54,657 nucleotides of DNA from Candidatus Eiseniibacteriota bacterium (GCA_044222065.1 JBGAOA010000024.1:1-54657); one strand, 5' to 3'; positions 20,596 to 30,817 are shown, counted from the stretch's first letter. Made by a program: numbers and translations. Notes: a model not told the origin generated them from the sequence alone.

Positions 20596-21176
20596 GCGAA
20601 CGCATCGGGATCTTCGGCGGGACGTTCGATCCGCCGCACGTCGGCCACCTCGCGCTCGCCGAGCGGGCGCGCGAGCGCCTGCGGCTCGACCGCGTCCTGT
20701 TCGTGCCCGCCGCCGCGTCTCCGCACAAGGTCGGCGCGCGCGCGAGCGCGGCGCGTCACCGGCTCGCGATGACGCGCCTCGCGGTCCGCGGCCAGCGCGC
20801 GTTCCGGGTGAGCGCGCTCGAACTCGGGCGGCCGGGGCCGTCCTACACGATCGACACGCTGCGAACGCTCGCCGCCCGGCACCCGGGCGCGCGCCTCTTC
20901 CTGCTGCTCGGCGCCGACAGCTGGGCGACGTTCGCGATGTGGCGCGAGTCGCGCGCGATCCGTGCGCTCGCGACGGTGGCGGTCGCCACGCGTCCCGGCG
21001 CCGCGCGGCCCGGTCGCGGTGGGGGCCGCGCGGTCGCGATCGGCAATCCGCCGCTCGCCGTGTCGTCGAGCGACCTCCGTCGCCGCGCGGCGCGCGGGGC
21101 GTCGCTGCGCTACCTCGTGCCCGATGCGGTCGTGCGCTACGTCGCGCGCCACCGCCTGTACCGGAGCCGCGCGTGA
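20592..21176 (+). CDS. nadD: Nicotinate-nucleotide adenylyltransferase
   Basis: GIFGGTFDPPHVGH, SYTIDTL, LGADS, VSSSDLR. TTG start overlaps the bamD stop. Confidence 0.94.
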   Translation: MSERIGIFGGTFDPPHVGHLALAERARERLRLDRVLFVPAAASPHKVGARASAARHRLAMTRLAVRGQRAFRVSALELGRPGPSYTIDTLRTLAARHPGARLFLLLGADSWATFAMWRESRAIRALATVAVATRPGAARPGRGGGRAVAIGNPPLAVSSSDLRRRAARGASLRYLVPDAVVRYVARHRLYRSRA

Positions 21177-21898
21177 GCTACGAGCCGCGCGAGTTCTGGG
21201 AGGACCGGCTGTCGCGCCAGTTCGACCTGCGCGGCACGGGCGAGACGGGGCTGTCGCTCGCGTACAACCGCGCGTGCTACGCGCTGCGCCGCGAGGTGCT
21301 GACCGCGGCGCTCGCCGGCGTCGGCTTCGATCCGCGCGGACGTCGCGTGCTCGACGTCGGCTGCGGCACCGGCTACTTCGTGGAGTACTACCTCGAGCGC
21401 GGCGCGGACGTGACCGGGCTCGACCTCACCGAGACCTCGGTCGAGCGGCTGCGTGCGAGCTTCCCGGCCGCGCGCTTCGTGCGCGCCGACGTCGGCGACG
21501 GCGTGCCCGGCGGCGGCTTCGACCTCGTCAACGTGTTCGACGTGCTGTTCCACGTCACCGACGACGCGCGCTGGGAAGCGGCGCTGCGGAACCTCGCGAA
21601 CGCGCTCGCGCCCGGCGGACTGCTCGCCGTGACCGACACGTTCGTGGACGCCGCGGACGCCGAGTCGCACAACCGGCCGCGCTCGCTCGGGCGCTACGAG
21701 CGCACGCTCGCGTCGCTCGGCCTCGAGCGCGTCGCGCTGCGGCCGACGGCGGTGCTGCTCAACCGCGAACTCGGCGCGTTGCGGTTCCTGAACCGCGCGC
21801 CGGGACTCCTGCTCGCGCTCGACCGGACGCTGATCGCGCTCGGCGCCGGGCGCGTCCCCGGCGTGAACCAGCTGCTGCTCGCGCGCCGCGCGCGCTGA
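21173..21898 (+). CDS. Class I SAM-dependent methyltransferase
   Basis: VLDVGCGTG, GLDL, FDLV...DVLFHV, LAPGG. Confidence 0.88.
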   Translation: MSYEPREFWEDRLSRQFDLRGTGETGLSLAYNRACYALRREVLTAALAGVGFDPRGRRVLDVGCGTGYFVEYYLERGADVTGLDLTETSVERLRASFPAARFVRADVGDGVPGGGFDLVNVFDVLFHVTDDARWEAALRNLANALAPGGLLAVTDTFVDAADAESHNRPRSLGRYERTLASLGLERVALRPTAVLLNRELGALRFLNRAPGLLLALDRTLIALGAGRVPGVNQLLLARRAR

Positions 21899-21985
21899 GC
21901 GGCTTCCCGCGCGCGACCGTCGGCGTTAGTCTCGCGCGCCCGCCGCTTCCGCCGCGCCACCCGACCGCCGGAGGTCCCGACCGCC

Positions 21986-24946
21986 GTGTCCCGCCTGTTC
22001 GTCCTCGACGCCCTGGGGCTCGCGTACCGCGCGTACTACGCGTTCATCCGCCGGCCGCTCGTGAACTCGAAGGGCGAGAACACGTCCGCGATCTTCGGCT
22101 TCGCGAACATGGCGATGAAGATCCGCCGCGACGAGCGGCCCGAGTTCTGGGCGCTCGCCTGGGACGGTCCCGGGCCGACGTTCCGCCACGATCGCTTCCC
22201 CGACTACAAGGCGACGCGCAAGCCGATGCCGGACGACCTGCGCGCGCAGATCCCCGCGATCGAGTCGCTCGCGCAGGCGATCGGGCTGCCTCTGCTCGAG
22301 ATCCCGGGCTGCGAGGCGGACGACGTGATGGCGACGCTGGCCGCGATCGGCGAGCGCGAGGGACTGGAGGTCGTGCTCGTGACGAGCGACAAGGACCTGC
22401 TGCAGCTCGTGAACGATCGCGTGAAGGTGCTCGCGCCGGCGGGGCGCGGCGAGGACTACACGTGGGTGGATCGTGACGCCGTGCACGGCAAGTGGGGCGT
22501 CGCGCCCGAGCAGATCCGCGACGTGCTCGCACTGATGGGCGACACGAGCGACAACGTTCCCGGCGTGCCGGGGGTGGGCGAGAAGACCGCCGTCGAGCTG
22601 ATCACCGCGTTCGGATCGCTCGATGCGCTCTACGACCGGTTGCCCGAGGTGAAGCGCCCGGCGCTGCGCGAGAAACTCTCGGCGCACCGCTCGCTCGCGG
22701 ACCTGTCGCGCGAACTCGTCACGGTGAAGACCGACCTCGAGCTGCCGGTCGCGCTCGCGGATCTGCGCCTCGCCCCGGTGCGCCGCGACGACCTGCGGGC
22801 GCTGGCCCGGCGCTGGGAGGTGCCGCGGCTCGAGCGGCTCGCGGAGGAGCACGGCGTCGGTGAGGACGAGGCGGGCGAGCGCGTTCACGCGCGCAGCGCC
22901 GAGCGTCGCGGCACCGCGGCCGAGACGCCGGCCGAGGGCGTGAAGCTCGAGGGACGCGACTCGACCGCTCCGCCGCCGGCGGCCGCCGGATCGCCGGCGA
23001 GCGGCGCGCTCGAACGCCGGCCGCCGCCGCGGCCCGCGCCCGCGAGCGGCGCGCTCGAGAGAGCCGTGCGTCCGCAGGCGCCCGCGAGCGGCGCGCTCGA
23101 GCGAGCCGTGCGTCCGCAGGCGCCCGCGATGCAGGCGGCGCTCGACCTGTTCGGCGCGGCGGAGGCGCCGGAGGCGAACCCCGAGGCGATCGAGGCGGCG
23201 GTCCACGAGGTGCGCGCGCGCAGCGCCCACGGCCTCGCGCTCGTTCCGGTGCTCGATGGCGAGGATCCCCGACGCGCACCGATCGCGGGGCTCGCGCTCG
23301 CCGCGCGCGACGGCACCGCGTGCTACGTGCCGCTCGCGCACGCCGCCGGCCCGAACGTCGCGCGCGAGCGGCTCACGGAGTGGTTCGGCCTCGCGCTCGA
23401 GGACCGCGGCGTGCCGCTCGTCGCGGCGGACGCGAAGGCGCTGCTGCACGTCGCGAAGCGGCTCGGGCTCAAGCTCGCCGCGCTCGACCTCGACCTGCGG
23501 CTCGCGTCGTTCCTGTGCGATCCCGGCCGCGATCACGCGCTCGCGGCGCTCGCGGCCGACGTGCTCGGCGAGCCGCTGCCGGCGCTCGAGTCGCAAGCCG
23601 GGCGGGGCAAGCGCGTGCCGCCGTCCGCGCGTCCGGTCGCCGAACTCGTCGCCGCCGGGTGCGCGCACGCCCGTGCGGCCGCGCTGCTCGCCGACGCGCT
23701 CCGCGCCCAGGTCGAGGCGCGCTCGCAATGGCCGCTCTACGAGACGCTCGAGCGGCCGCTCGTGCCGGTGCTCGCGGCGATGGAGTCGGCGGGCATCGCG
23801 CTCGACCGCGCCGTGCTCGACGCGCAGGCGGCGCAGGCGGGCGCCGAGATCGCGAGGCTCGAGGGCGAACTGCAGGCGCTCGCCGGCGAGCCCGTGAACC
23901 TGCAGAGCGGACCGCAGATCTCGAAGCTGCTGTTCGAACGCTTCGGGTTGAAGCCCGCGGGCAAGACCGCTTCGGGAGCGCTGTCGACCCGCTCGGACGT
24001 GCTCGAGGACCTCGCGCACGAGCACCCCTTCCCGAAGCTGCTGCTCGAATACCGCGCGCTCGCGAAGCTCAAATCCACGTACCTCGACGCGCTGCCGCTC
24101 GAGATCGACCCGGCCGACGGCCGCGTGCACACGACGTACGACCAGGCGGGCGCCGCGACGGGGCGGCTGTCGTCGTCGTCGCCGAACCTGCAGAACATCC
24201 CGATCCGGACGCCGCAGGGCCGGTCGATCCGCCGCGCGTTCGAGGCATCGCCCGGCGCGACGCTGGTCGGCGCCGACTACTCGCAGATCGAACTCCGGGT
24301 CATGGCGCACCTGTCGCACGACCCGCAGCTGATCGATGCGTTCCGCGGCGGGGAGGACGTCCACGCGAGCACGGCTCGTCGCGTCTTCGGCGTGACGGGC
24401 GACCTCGACCCCGCGCTGCGCGCGCGCGCGAAGATCGTGAACTTCGGCGTGATGTACGGCATGGGCGCGCGCAGCCTGTCGGCCCAGATGGAGATCCCGC
24501 TCGCCGAGGCGCAGGAGTTCATCGCGCACTACTTCCGCGTCTACGCGCGCGTGCGCGAGTACCTCGACGGCACGGTCGAGGAAGCGCGCCGCCGCGGCTA
24601 CGTCGAGACGCTGCTCGGCCGCCGCCGCTACCTGCCGGGGCTGCAGAGCACGCACGGCGGCGAGCGCGCGAACGCCGAGCGCGCCGCGATCAACGCGCCG
24701 ATCCAGGGGACGGCGGCCGACCTCGTCAAGCTCGCGATGATCCGCGTGCACGCGGCGCTCCGCCGCCGCCACCCGGGCGCGCGGCTGCTGCTTCAGGTGC
24801 ACGACGAACTGCTGTTCGAGTGTCCCGAGTCCGATGCCGCGGCCGTGGCCCAGACGGTGCGCGCCGAGATGGAGGGCTGCCTCGCGCTCGACGTGCCGCT
24901 CGTCGTCTCGGTCGGCGTCGGGAGGACGTGGTTCGATGTCCACTGA
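21986..24946 (+). CDS. polA: DNA polymerase I
   Basis: 5'-3' exonuclease (EADD, GDTSDNVPGVPGVGEKTA); polymerase motifs DYSQIELR, KIVNFGVMYG, QVHDEL. Confidence 0.97.
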   Translation: MSRLFVLDALGLAYRAYYAFIRRPLVNSKGENTSAIFGFANMAMKIRRDERPEFWALAWDGPGPTFRHDRFPDYKATRKPMPDDLRAQIPAIESLAQAIGLPLLEIPGCEADDVMATLAAIGEREGLEVVLVTSDKDLLQLVNDRVKVLAPAGRGEDYTWVDRDAVHGKWGVAPEQIRDVLALMGDTSDNVPGVPGVGEKTAVELITAFGSLDALYDRLPEVKRPALREKLSAHRSLADLSRELVTVKTDLELPVALADLRLAPVRRDDLRALARRWEVPRLERLAEEHGVGEDEAGERVHARSAERRGTAAETPAEGVKLEGRDSTAPPPAAAGSPASGALERRPPPRPAPASGALERAVRPQAPASGALERAVRPQAPAMQAALDLFGAAEAPEANPEAIEAAVHEVRARSAHGLALVPVLDGEDPRRAPIAGLALAARDGTACYVPLAHAAGPNVARERLTEWFGLALEDRGVPLVAADAKALLHVAKRLGLKLAALDLDLRLASFLCDPGRDHALAALAADVLGEPLPALESQAGRGKRVPPSARPVAELVAAGCAHARAAALLADALRAQVEARSQWPLYETLERPLVPVLAAMESAGIALDRAVLDAQAAQAGAEIARLEGELQALAGEPVNLQSGPQISKLLFERFGLKPAGKTASGALSTRSDVLEDLAHEHPFPKLLLEYRALAKLKSTYLDALPLEIDPADGRVHTTYDQAGAATGRLSSSSPNLQNIPIRTPQGRSIRRAFEASPGATLVGADYSQIELRVMAHLSHDPQLIDAFRGGEDVHASTARRVFGVTGDLDPALRARAKIVNFGVMYGMGARSLSAQMEIPLAEAQEFIAHYFRVYARVREYLDGTVEEARRRGYVETLLGRRRYLPGLQSTHGGERANAERAAINAPIQGTAADLVKLAMIRVHAALRRRHPGARLLLQVHDELLFECPESDAAAVAQTVRAEMEGCLALDVPLVVSVGVGRTWFDVH
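22993..23129 (+). repeat. In-frame 42-bp tandem repeat in the polA linker
   Basis: 23036-23077 and 23078-23119 both encode APASGALERAVRPQ, with one synonymous AGA/CGA difference; a degenerate copy lies upstream. Confidence 0.92.
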
Positions 24947-25592
24947 CCGCTCGGCCGCCCGCAGGCCGCGCACCGACGACGGGCTGTTCATCGTCGGACT
25001 CGTGGGCCGCGCGGGGAGCGGCAAGAGCACGGTCGCGGCCGCGCTCGAGGCGGACGGCGCGCGCGTGTTCTCGGCGGACGCGATCGGCCACGAGGTCACG
25101 GACCGCGATCCGGTCGTGCGGCAGGCGCTCGTCGCCGAATACGGTCCCGAGGCCTACCGGCCGGACGGCACGCTCGATCGCGCGCTCGTCGCCGCGCGCG
25201 TGTTCTCGGATCCCGCCGCGCGCCGCCGGCTCGACCGGCTCACGCACCCCAGGATCGTCCACGAACTCGTCGGACGCGTGGCGGCGCTGCGCGACGGCGG
25301 TTTCACCGGCGTCGTCGTCGTGGACGCCGCGCTGATGCTCGACTGGGGGCTCGAGCGCGCGTGCGACGCGCTCGTCGCGGTCACGGCGCCCGAATCGGAA
25401 CAGGTCGCGCGGCTCGTGCGCTCGCGCGGCTGGAGCGAGGAGCAGGCGCGCGCGCGGCTCGCGGTGCAGCGCACGAACGAGGCGTTCGCCGCCGCCGCCG
25501 ACGAAACGCTCGACAACGGCGGGACGCCCGAGACGCTCGCCGCGGCGGCACGCGCGGCCGTCGCGCGGCTGCGCGCCGCTCGCGAGGCGTGA
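24936..25592 (+). CDS. coaE: Dephospho-CoA kinase
   Basis: GLVGRAGSGKST, ADAIGHEV, LDRLTHP, DAALM. Confidence 0.93.
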   Translation: MSTDRSAARRPRTDDGLFIVGLVGRAGSGKSTVAAALEADGARVFSADAIGHEVTDRDPVVRQALVAEYGPEAYRPDGTLDRALVAARVFSDPAARRRLDRLTHPRIVHELVGRVAALRDGGFTGVVVVDAALMLDWGLERACDALVAVTAPESEQVARLVRSRGWSEEQARARLAVQRTNEAFAAAADETLDNGGTPETLAAAARAAVARLRAAREA

Positions 25593-25646
25593 CGCGGTTG
25601 CGCTAGGGTGTGCGCCCTCGCGACGCCCTCCACCGACGGAGACCTC

Positions 25647-26754
25647 ATGCTGACCACGGCCGAACTGCGCAAGCGACTCGATCAGACCCGGACGATGCTC
25701 GACGGTCTGCGGAGGTACCTTTGACGTCGAGCAGCGCGCGCGCGACGTCGAGTCGCTCGAGCAGCGCATGGCGGAGCCCGGCTTCTGGGACCGGCCGGAC
25801 GAGGCGCAGAAGCTCGTGCAGCAGCTCAAGCAGGCGCGCCGCACCGTCGAGGAGTGGAACAACCACGACGGCGGCCTGAAGGGCATCGCGGAGCTGCTCG
25901 ACCTCGCCGAGGCCGAGGGCGACGACAAGATGCTCCAGGAACTCGCGACCGAGCACGAGACGCTCGCGACGCGCGTCTCGGACCTCGAGACGCGCAGCCT
26001 GCTCTCGGGCGAGCACGACCGGCTCGGCGCGATCGTGAACATCCATCCGGGCGCGGGCGGCACCGAGTCGCAGGACTGGGCCGAGATGCTCATGCGCATG
26101 TACCAGCGTTGGGGCGAGCGCCACGGCTACTCGGTGACGCTGCTCGACTACCAGGCCGGCGAAGAGGCGGGCATCAAGGACGCGACGCTCGAGATCGAGG
26201 GCGAGTTCGCGTACGGCTACCTCAAGGCCGAGAGCGGCGTGCACCGGCTGGTGCGGATCTCGCCCTACGATGCGAACGCGCGCCGGCACACGTCGTTCTC
26301 GTCGGTCGTCGTGCTGCCGATGCTCGACGACACCGTCACGGTGGACGTCCGGCCCGAGGAGTTGAAGATCGACACGTTCCGCGCGGGCGGCGCCGGCGGA
26401 CAGCACGTCAACAAGACCGAGTCGGCGGTGCGCATCACCCACCTGCCGACCGGCACGATCGCGCAGTCGCAGGGCGAGCGCAGCCAGCACCGCAACAAGG
26501 ACGCGGCGATGAAGATCCTCATGAGCCGCCTGTTCGTGCTGTTCGAGGAGCAGAAGCGCCAGAAGACCGAGGCGCTCGCGGGGCCGAAGAAGGACATCGA
26601 CTTCGGCAGCCAGATCCGCTCGTACGTGCTGCAGCCCTACACGATGGTCAACGACCACCGCACCGAGACGAAGATCGGCGACGTCCACGCGGTGCTGGAC
26701 GGCGGACTCGATCCCTTCATCGACGCATTCCTCAAGCAGAAGGACCGGACATGA
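25647..26754 (+). CDS. prfB: Peptide chain release factor 2, programmed +1 frameshift
   Basis: ATG 25647, 25 codons to CTT TGA C at 25719-25725, continuing in the +1 frame; GAGGTES, GGQ, QIRSYV. Confidence 0.97.
25710..25725 (+). promoter_or_regulatory. RF2 autoregulatory frameshift cassette
   Basis: CGGAGG TAC CTT TGA C: internal Shine-Dalgarno 3 nt before CUU-UGA-C. Confidence 0.95.
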
Positions 26755-28124
26755 TCCCGCGCCACATCTTTCGCGAGTACGACATCCGCGGCCTGCACGC
26801 GACCGAACTGTCGGACGAGGTCGCGCTCGGTGTGGGTCGCGCGTTCGGAACGCTGATCGCCGAGGAGGGCGGCACGCGCGTCGCGCTCGGGCAGGACGTG
26901 CGTCCTTCGAGCGCCCGGCTCGCGGCCGGCGTCGAGCGCGGACTCGTCGCGTGCGGGCTCGCGGTCGAGCGCGTGGGCGTCGTGCCGACTCCGGCGCTCT
27001 ACTACGCGGTCGCTGCGCGCGGGCTCGACGGCGGCGTTCAGATCACGGGCAGCCACAATCCGCCCGAGTTCAACGGCTTCAAGATGACGGCGCGCAAGCG
27101 TCCGATCTTCGGCGCCGACATCCAGCGCATGCGCGAGCGCCTCGAGGCCGGCGACGTGCGCGCCGCGGCGGGAGGGAGCGCGGGCGACCGTCCGGTGCTC
27201 GACGACTACCGCGCGATGCTGGTCGACCGGCTGCGCGGGCCGCGCGGGCTCAAGGTCGTCATGGACTGCGGGAACGGCTGCGCCGGCACCGTCGTGCCGC
27301 AGGTGTTCGAGGCGCTCGGACACACGGTGACGCCGCTCTACGCCGAACTCGACGGCAACTTCCCGAACCACCTTCCCGATCCCACCGTGCCGAAGCTGAT
27401 GGCGGACCTCGCCGCGGCGGTGAAGCGCGAGGGCGCCGATCTCGGCATCGGCTTCGACGGCGACGCCGATCGCATCGGCGCCGTGGACGGCGCGGGCCGG
27501 CTGATCTTCGGCGACCAAATCCTCGCGCTGCTCGCGCGCGACGTGCTCGCGCGCGTGCCCGGCGCCGAGGTGATCTTCGACGTGAAGTGCTCGCAGGGGC
27601 TCGTCGAGGACATCGCGGCGCACGGCGGACGGCCGACCATGTGGAAGACCGGGCACTCGCTCATCAAGAAGCGCCTGCTCGAGACCGGCGCGCCGATCGC
27701 GGGGGAGATGTCGGGGCACATGTTCTTCAGCGAGGGCTACTTCGGATTCGACGACGCGCTGTTCGCGGCTGGCCGGCTCCTGCGCTACGTCGCTCAGAGC
27801 GGCCGCACGCTCGGAGAACTCGTGGACTCGATCCCGCGCTACTACGCGACGCCCGAGACGCGGCTCGACTGTCCCGAGGAGCGCAAGTTCGAGATCCCCG
27901 AGGAGCTGAAGAAGGCGTTTGCCGGCAAGTACAAGGTGATCGACATCGACGGCGCGCGCGTCGAGTTCGGCGACGGCTGGGGCCTCGTGCGCGCCTCGAA
28001 CACGCAGCCGGTCGTGGTCGTGCGCTTCGAGGCGCGCACGCCCGAGCGCCTCGAGGAGATCCGGCGTTCGATGATGGAGCCGCTCGAGCGGCTCGGCGTC
28101 GGTGCCCCGGCCGCGGGCCACTGA
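26751..28124 (+). CDS. Phosphomannomutase/phosphoglucomutase
   Basis: FREYDIRG, ITGSHNP (phosphoserine site), FDGDADR, GEMSGH, RASNTQP. Confidence 0.95.
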   Translation: MIPRHIFREYDIRGLHATELSDEVALGVGRAFGTLIAEEGGTRVALGQDVRPSSARLAAGVERGLVACGLAVERVGVVPTPALYYAVAARGLDGGVQITGSHNPPEFNGFKMTARKRPIFGADIQRMRERLEAGDVRAAAGGSAGDRPVLDDYRAMLVDRLRGPRGLKVVMDCGNGCAGTVVPQVFEALGHTVTPLYAELDGNFPNHLPDPTVPKLMADLAAAVKREGADLGIGFDGDADRIGAVDGAGRLIFGDQILALLARDVLARVPGAEVIFDVKCSQGLVEDIAAHGGRPTMWKTGHSLIKKRLLETGAPIAGEMSGHMFFSEGYFGFDDALFAAGRLLRYVAQSGRTLGELVDSIPRYYATPETRLDCPEERKFEIPEELKKAFAGKYKVIDIDGARVEFGDGWGLVRASNTQPVVVVRFEARTPERLEEIRRSMMEPLERLGVGAPAAGH

Positions 28125-28779
28125 GGCGCCGGAGCCGCCGGCGTTCGATCCGCGCGTGCACCGACCGCTGCCGCGCGCGTTCTACGACCGCCCGGCGCTC
28201 GCGGTGGCGCGCGACCTGCTCGGCCGCGTGCTCGTCCGGCGCGAGCGCGGCGTGACGCTGGCGGCGCGTCTCGTCGAAGTGGAGGCGTACCGGGGCGCGG
28301 ACGATCCCGCGAGCCACGCGTACCGCGGCCCGACGGCGAGGAACGCCGTGATGTTCGGCCCGCCCGGCCGCGCGTACGTCTACTTCACCTACGGCATGCA
28401 TCACTGCGTGAACGTCGTGTGCCGCGAGCGCGGGCGCGCCGAGGCCGTGCTGCTGCGCGGCGCCGCGCCGCTGTTGGGGCTCGCGCGCATGCGGTCCCGA
28501 CGGGGCGGCGCGGCCGACGCCGCGCTGTTGCGCGGGCCGGGCTGCCTCGCGCGGTCGTTCGGCCTCACCCGCGAGCACGACGGCGAGGACCTGACGCGCG
28601 GAGGCGTCTGGATCGCGGACGCGCCGCCCGTCCGCGAGGGGCGTCGCGTGCGGCGCGGGCCGCGCATCGGCATCCGGGTGGCGGTCGAGCGGCCGTGGCG
28701 CCTGTGGCTCGAGGGGCACCCGTGCGTGTCGGGCCCGCGTCGACTCGCCGCCGCGCCGGAACGAGCGAAACCGCGTTGA
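28102..28779 (+). CDS. mpg: 3-methyladenine DNA glycosylase (AAG/MPG family)
   Basis: VEVEAY, DPASH, YVYFTYGMHHC, GPRIGI. Start uncertain. Confidence 0.92.
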   Translation: MPRPRATEAPEPPAFDPRVHRPLPRAFYDRPALAVARDLLGRVLVRRERGVTLAARLVEVEAYRGADDPASHAYRGPTARNAVMFGPPGRAYVYFTYGMHHCVNVVCRERGRAEAVLLRGAAPLLGLARMRSRRGGAADAALLRGPGCLARSFGLTREHDGEDLTRGGVWIADAPPVREGRRVRRGPRIGIRVAVERPWRLWLEGHPCVSGPRRLAAAPERAKPR

Positions 28780-28805
28780 CACCCGCGGGGGAGCGTCCCT
28801 AGGAT
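28776..28805 (+). promoter_or_regulatory. Sigma70-type promoter upstream of the envelope cluster
   Basis: TTGACA-N18-TAGGAT. Confidence 0.55.
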
Positions 28806-28919
28806 GCGCGCCTCGTGCTCGGCGCACGACGTTGACCGCGCGCCATCTCGCCCTGGCGGGAGTTTTTCCTCGCCGCGGTCGGCATCCGTTCGCACTCGAT
28901 CGGTTGGAAAGGAGTTTCC

Positions 28920-30548
28920 ATGAGCCCTTCGCGCGGGGTTCGCATCGGCGCGTGTCTGACCACGCTGCTGGCGCTGATCGTGTTCGCGCCGGCCGCCCGG
29001 GCCCAAATGTCCTTCGAGGAAGCGAGCTTCGCACTCGACCCCTCGCCGGATCCGCTCGCGCGCTCGCCGCGCCTGGTCGGCATGGGCCGCCTCACGCTCG
29101 TGATCCCCGATGCGAACAACCGGCTCACGCTCTGGGACTTCGCCGGCAATCCCGTCGGCGCGCTCGACTCCGACTCGATCTCGACCTTCGAGTTCCGCCC
29201 GAACACGTCGTCCCTGTCCGAGTCGCGCGACTTCGTGAACGGCGGACTCGCGGGCGAACGTCAGGACGCTGCGGCTCGCGCGACGTCCCTCGGCTACGAG
29301 TTCTGGCGCCGGGCCGGAACTCGCGTGGCCTTCGGCGCCGTCGGCGATCTCTCGACGCTCAACTGGGACCGCGCCTACGACGACTCGCGCGAGGTGCGCA
29401 GCCGGTTCTCGGTGCCGAACGCGATGCCCGTTCTCACCGGGCAGTTCCCGTTCTTCGCCCGCGAGCGCATGCGCTACGCGCTGCGCGGCATCTTCGCGAA
29501 CGAGATCCACGACGACGAGTACCGCCTCTACACCGTCAACGCCGCGGGACAGTACCTCGATCACGACGGCGGGCTGCTCGGACCTCCGAACTACTTCGAT
29601 CCCGACGAGCGCGACGTGAATCGCGTCGGCATGGGGCTCGCGCTGTCCTACCGCGTGTCGCCGTCGTTCGTGCTGGCCGTGGACGTGGACGGGTTGCGCG
29701 ACCGCATCAAGGGCCGCAACGAGGCCGGCCGCTACCTGTCGCAGCGCGACGAGTCGCGCCCGTACGGCATCGGTCAGGTCAGCGCCGTCGGACGCATCGG
29801 GCCGAACTTCGAGTACGGCCTCGACGCCCGCGGCTGGAAGTCCAGCTCGGACGCGCACTGGGTGTTCACGTTCTCGCAGGGCGCGGGAGCCCGGCCGGTG
29901 ATCGGCCGCGGCGACCTGTACGACCGCGAGGAGGAGGGCTCGAGGACGCGCGCGCGCGTGCGCTGGACGAGCGGCGCACTCGAGTTCGGCGGCAGCTACG
30001 GGACGGGCTACGGCCACTACGAGATCACGACGCCCCCGCTCAGCGATCTCGCCTCGTTCAACCACTTCCTGAACGACCTCTACAACTTCGCGACGAACGA
30101 CTCGCTCGCGCTTCCGGACAGCCTGCGATCGAACACGGTCGAGCACCGTTCGGTGAACTACGCCGGCGGCGTCTCGTACCGCCTGCGTCACGGCATCGTG
30201 GGCGTCGAGTACCACTGGCTCCGCGACCTGCAGGGGGATGACTTTTACGGCGCCGGCCCGCGCCGGATCCTCTGGGACGTGCGCGCCGGCCTCGAGCACG
30301 TGCTGACGCCCGTGCTCACGGGGCGCGCGGGCTATCTCTATCGCTCGGACGATCGGGACGACGAAACGGAGCAGAACGCGTTCGTGAGCCACACGGCGAC
30401 GGCGGGCCTCGGCCTCAAGCACCCCGGCTCTCGCTGGGGGCTCGAGGCGTCGTACGCCTTCGAGTGGGGGATCGCGGATTTCGGGACGCCGAGCCTGCCG
30501 CGCTCCACTCGCCAGCAGCTGGCGGCGGGGCTGCGCTGGTCGTTCTGA
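28920..30548 (+). CDS. Putative outer-membrane beta-barrel protein with FadL/PorV-like N-terminus
   Basis: GAAAGGAG RBS, signal peptide, ARSPRLVGMG...NPVG, amphipathic beta-strands, C-terminal LRWSF. Confidence 0.7.
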   Translation: MSPSRGVRIGACLTTLLALIVFAPAARAQMSFEEASFALDPSPDPLARSPRLVGMGRLTLVIPDANNRLTLWDFAGNPVGALDSDSISTFEFRPNTSSLSESRDFVNGGLAGERQDAAARATSLGYEFWRRAGTRVAFGAVGDLSTLNWDRAYDDSREVRSRFSVPNAMPVLTGQFPFFARERMRYALRGIFANEIHDDEYRLYTVNAAGQYLDHDGGLLGPPNYFDPDERDVNRVGMGLALSYRVSPSFVLAVDVDGLRDRIKGRNEAGRYLSQRDESRPYGIGQVSAVGRIGPNFEYGLDARGWKSSSDAHWVFTFSQGAGARPVIGRGDLYDREEEGSRTRARVRWTSGALEFGGSYGTGYGHYEITTPPLSDLASFNHFLNDLYNFATNDSLALPDSLRSNTVEHRSVNYAGGVSYRLRHGIVGVEYHWLRDLQGDDFYGAGPRRILWDVRAGLEHVLTPVLTGRAGYLYRSDDRDDETEQNAFVSHTATAGLGLKHPGSRWGLEASYAFEWGIADFGTPSLPRSTRQQLAAGLRWSF

Positions 30549-30571
30549 GCCCTCCTGCGCCGAGAAAGCGC

Positions 30572-30600
30572 TTGACAGCTTCGCCACGTTCTCCGAGATT
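30572..30600 (+). promoter_or_regulatory. Candidate sigma70 promoter (distal) for the TBDR operon
   Basis: TTGACA-N17-GAGATT; weak -10. Confidence 0.35.
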
Positions 30601-30787
30601 TCATCGCGACTGGGCGTGGGCGCCGAACCCCGCCGTGCTTTTCTCGGCGTCCCCCTTTACCCGTGACGGACTCGAGTCCGCTCTCATCGGCACTGCCTTC
30701 GTGCGCCCGAGTTCCCCCGCGCCTTCGAGCCTGCCGAACGCCGACACTAAGCAGCGTCGAGCGAAGGGTTTGTCCGTCGGAAAGACT

Positions 30788-30817
30788 TTGACAGCGTGCT
30801 TACACCATTGGCATCTT
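30788..30817 (+). promoter_or_regulatory. Candidate sigma70 promoter (proximal) for the TBDR operon
   Basis: TTGACA-N18-CATCTT preceded by TG (extended -10). Confidence 0.45.

Noticed and set aside
13179..23129. 41-bp and 42-bp repeats as a possible CRISPR or mobile-element signature
   Set aside because: Unrelated sequences, no spacers, no cas or transposase genes.
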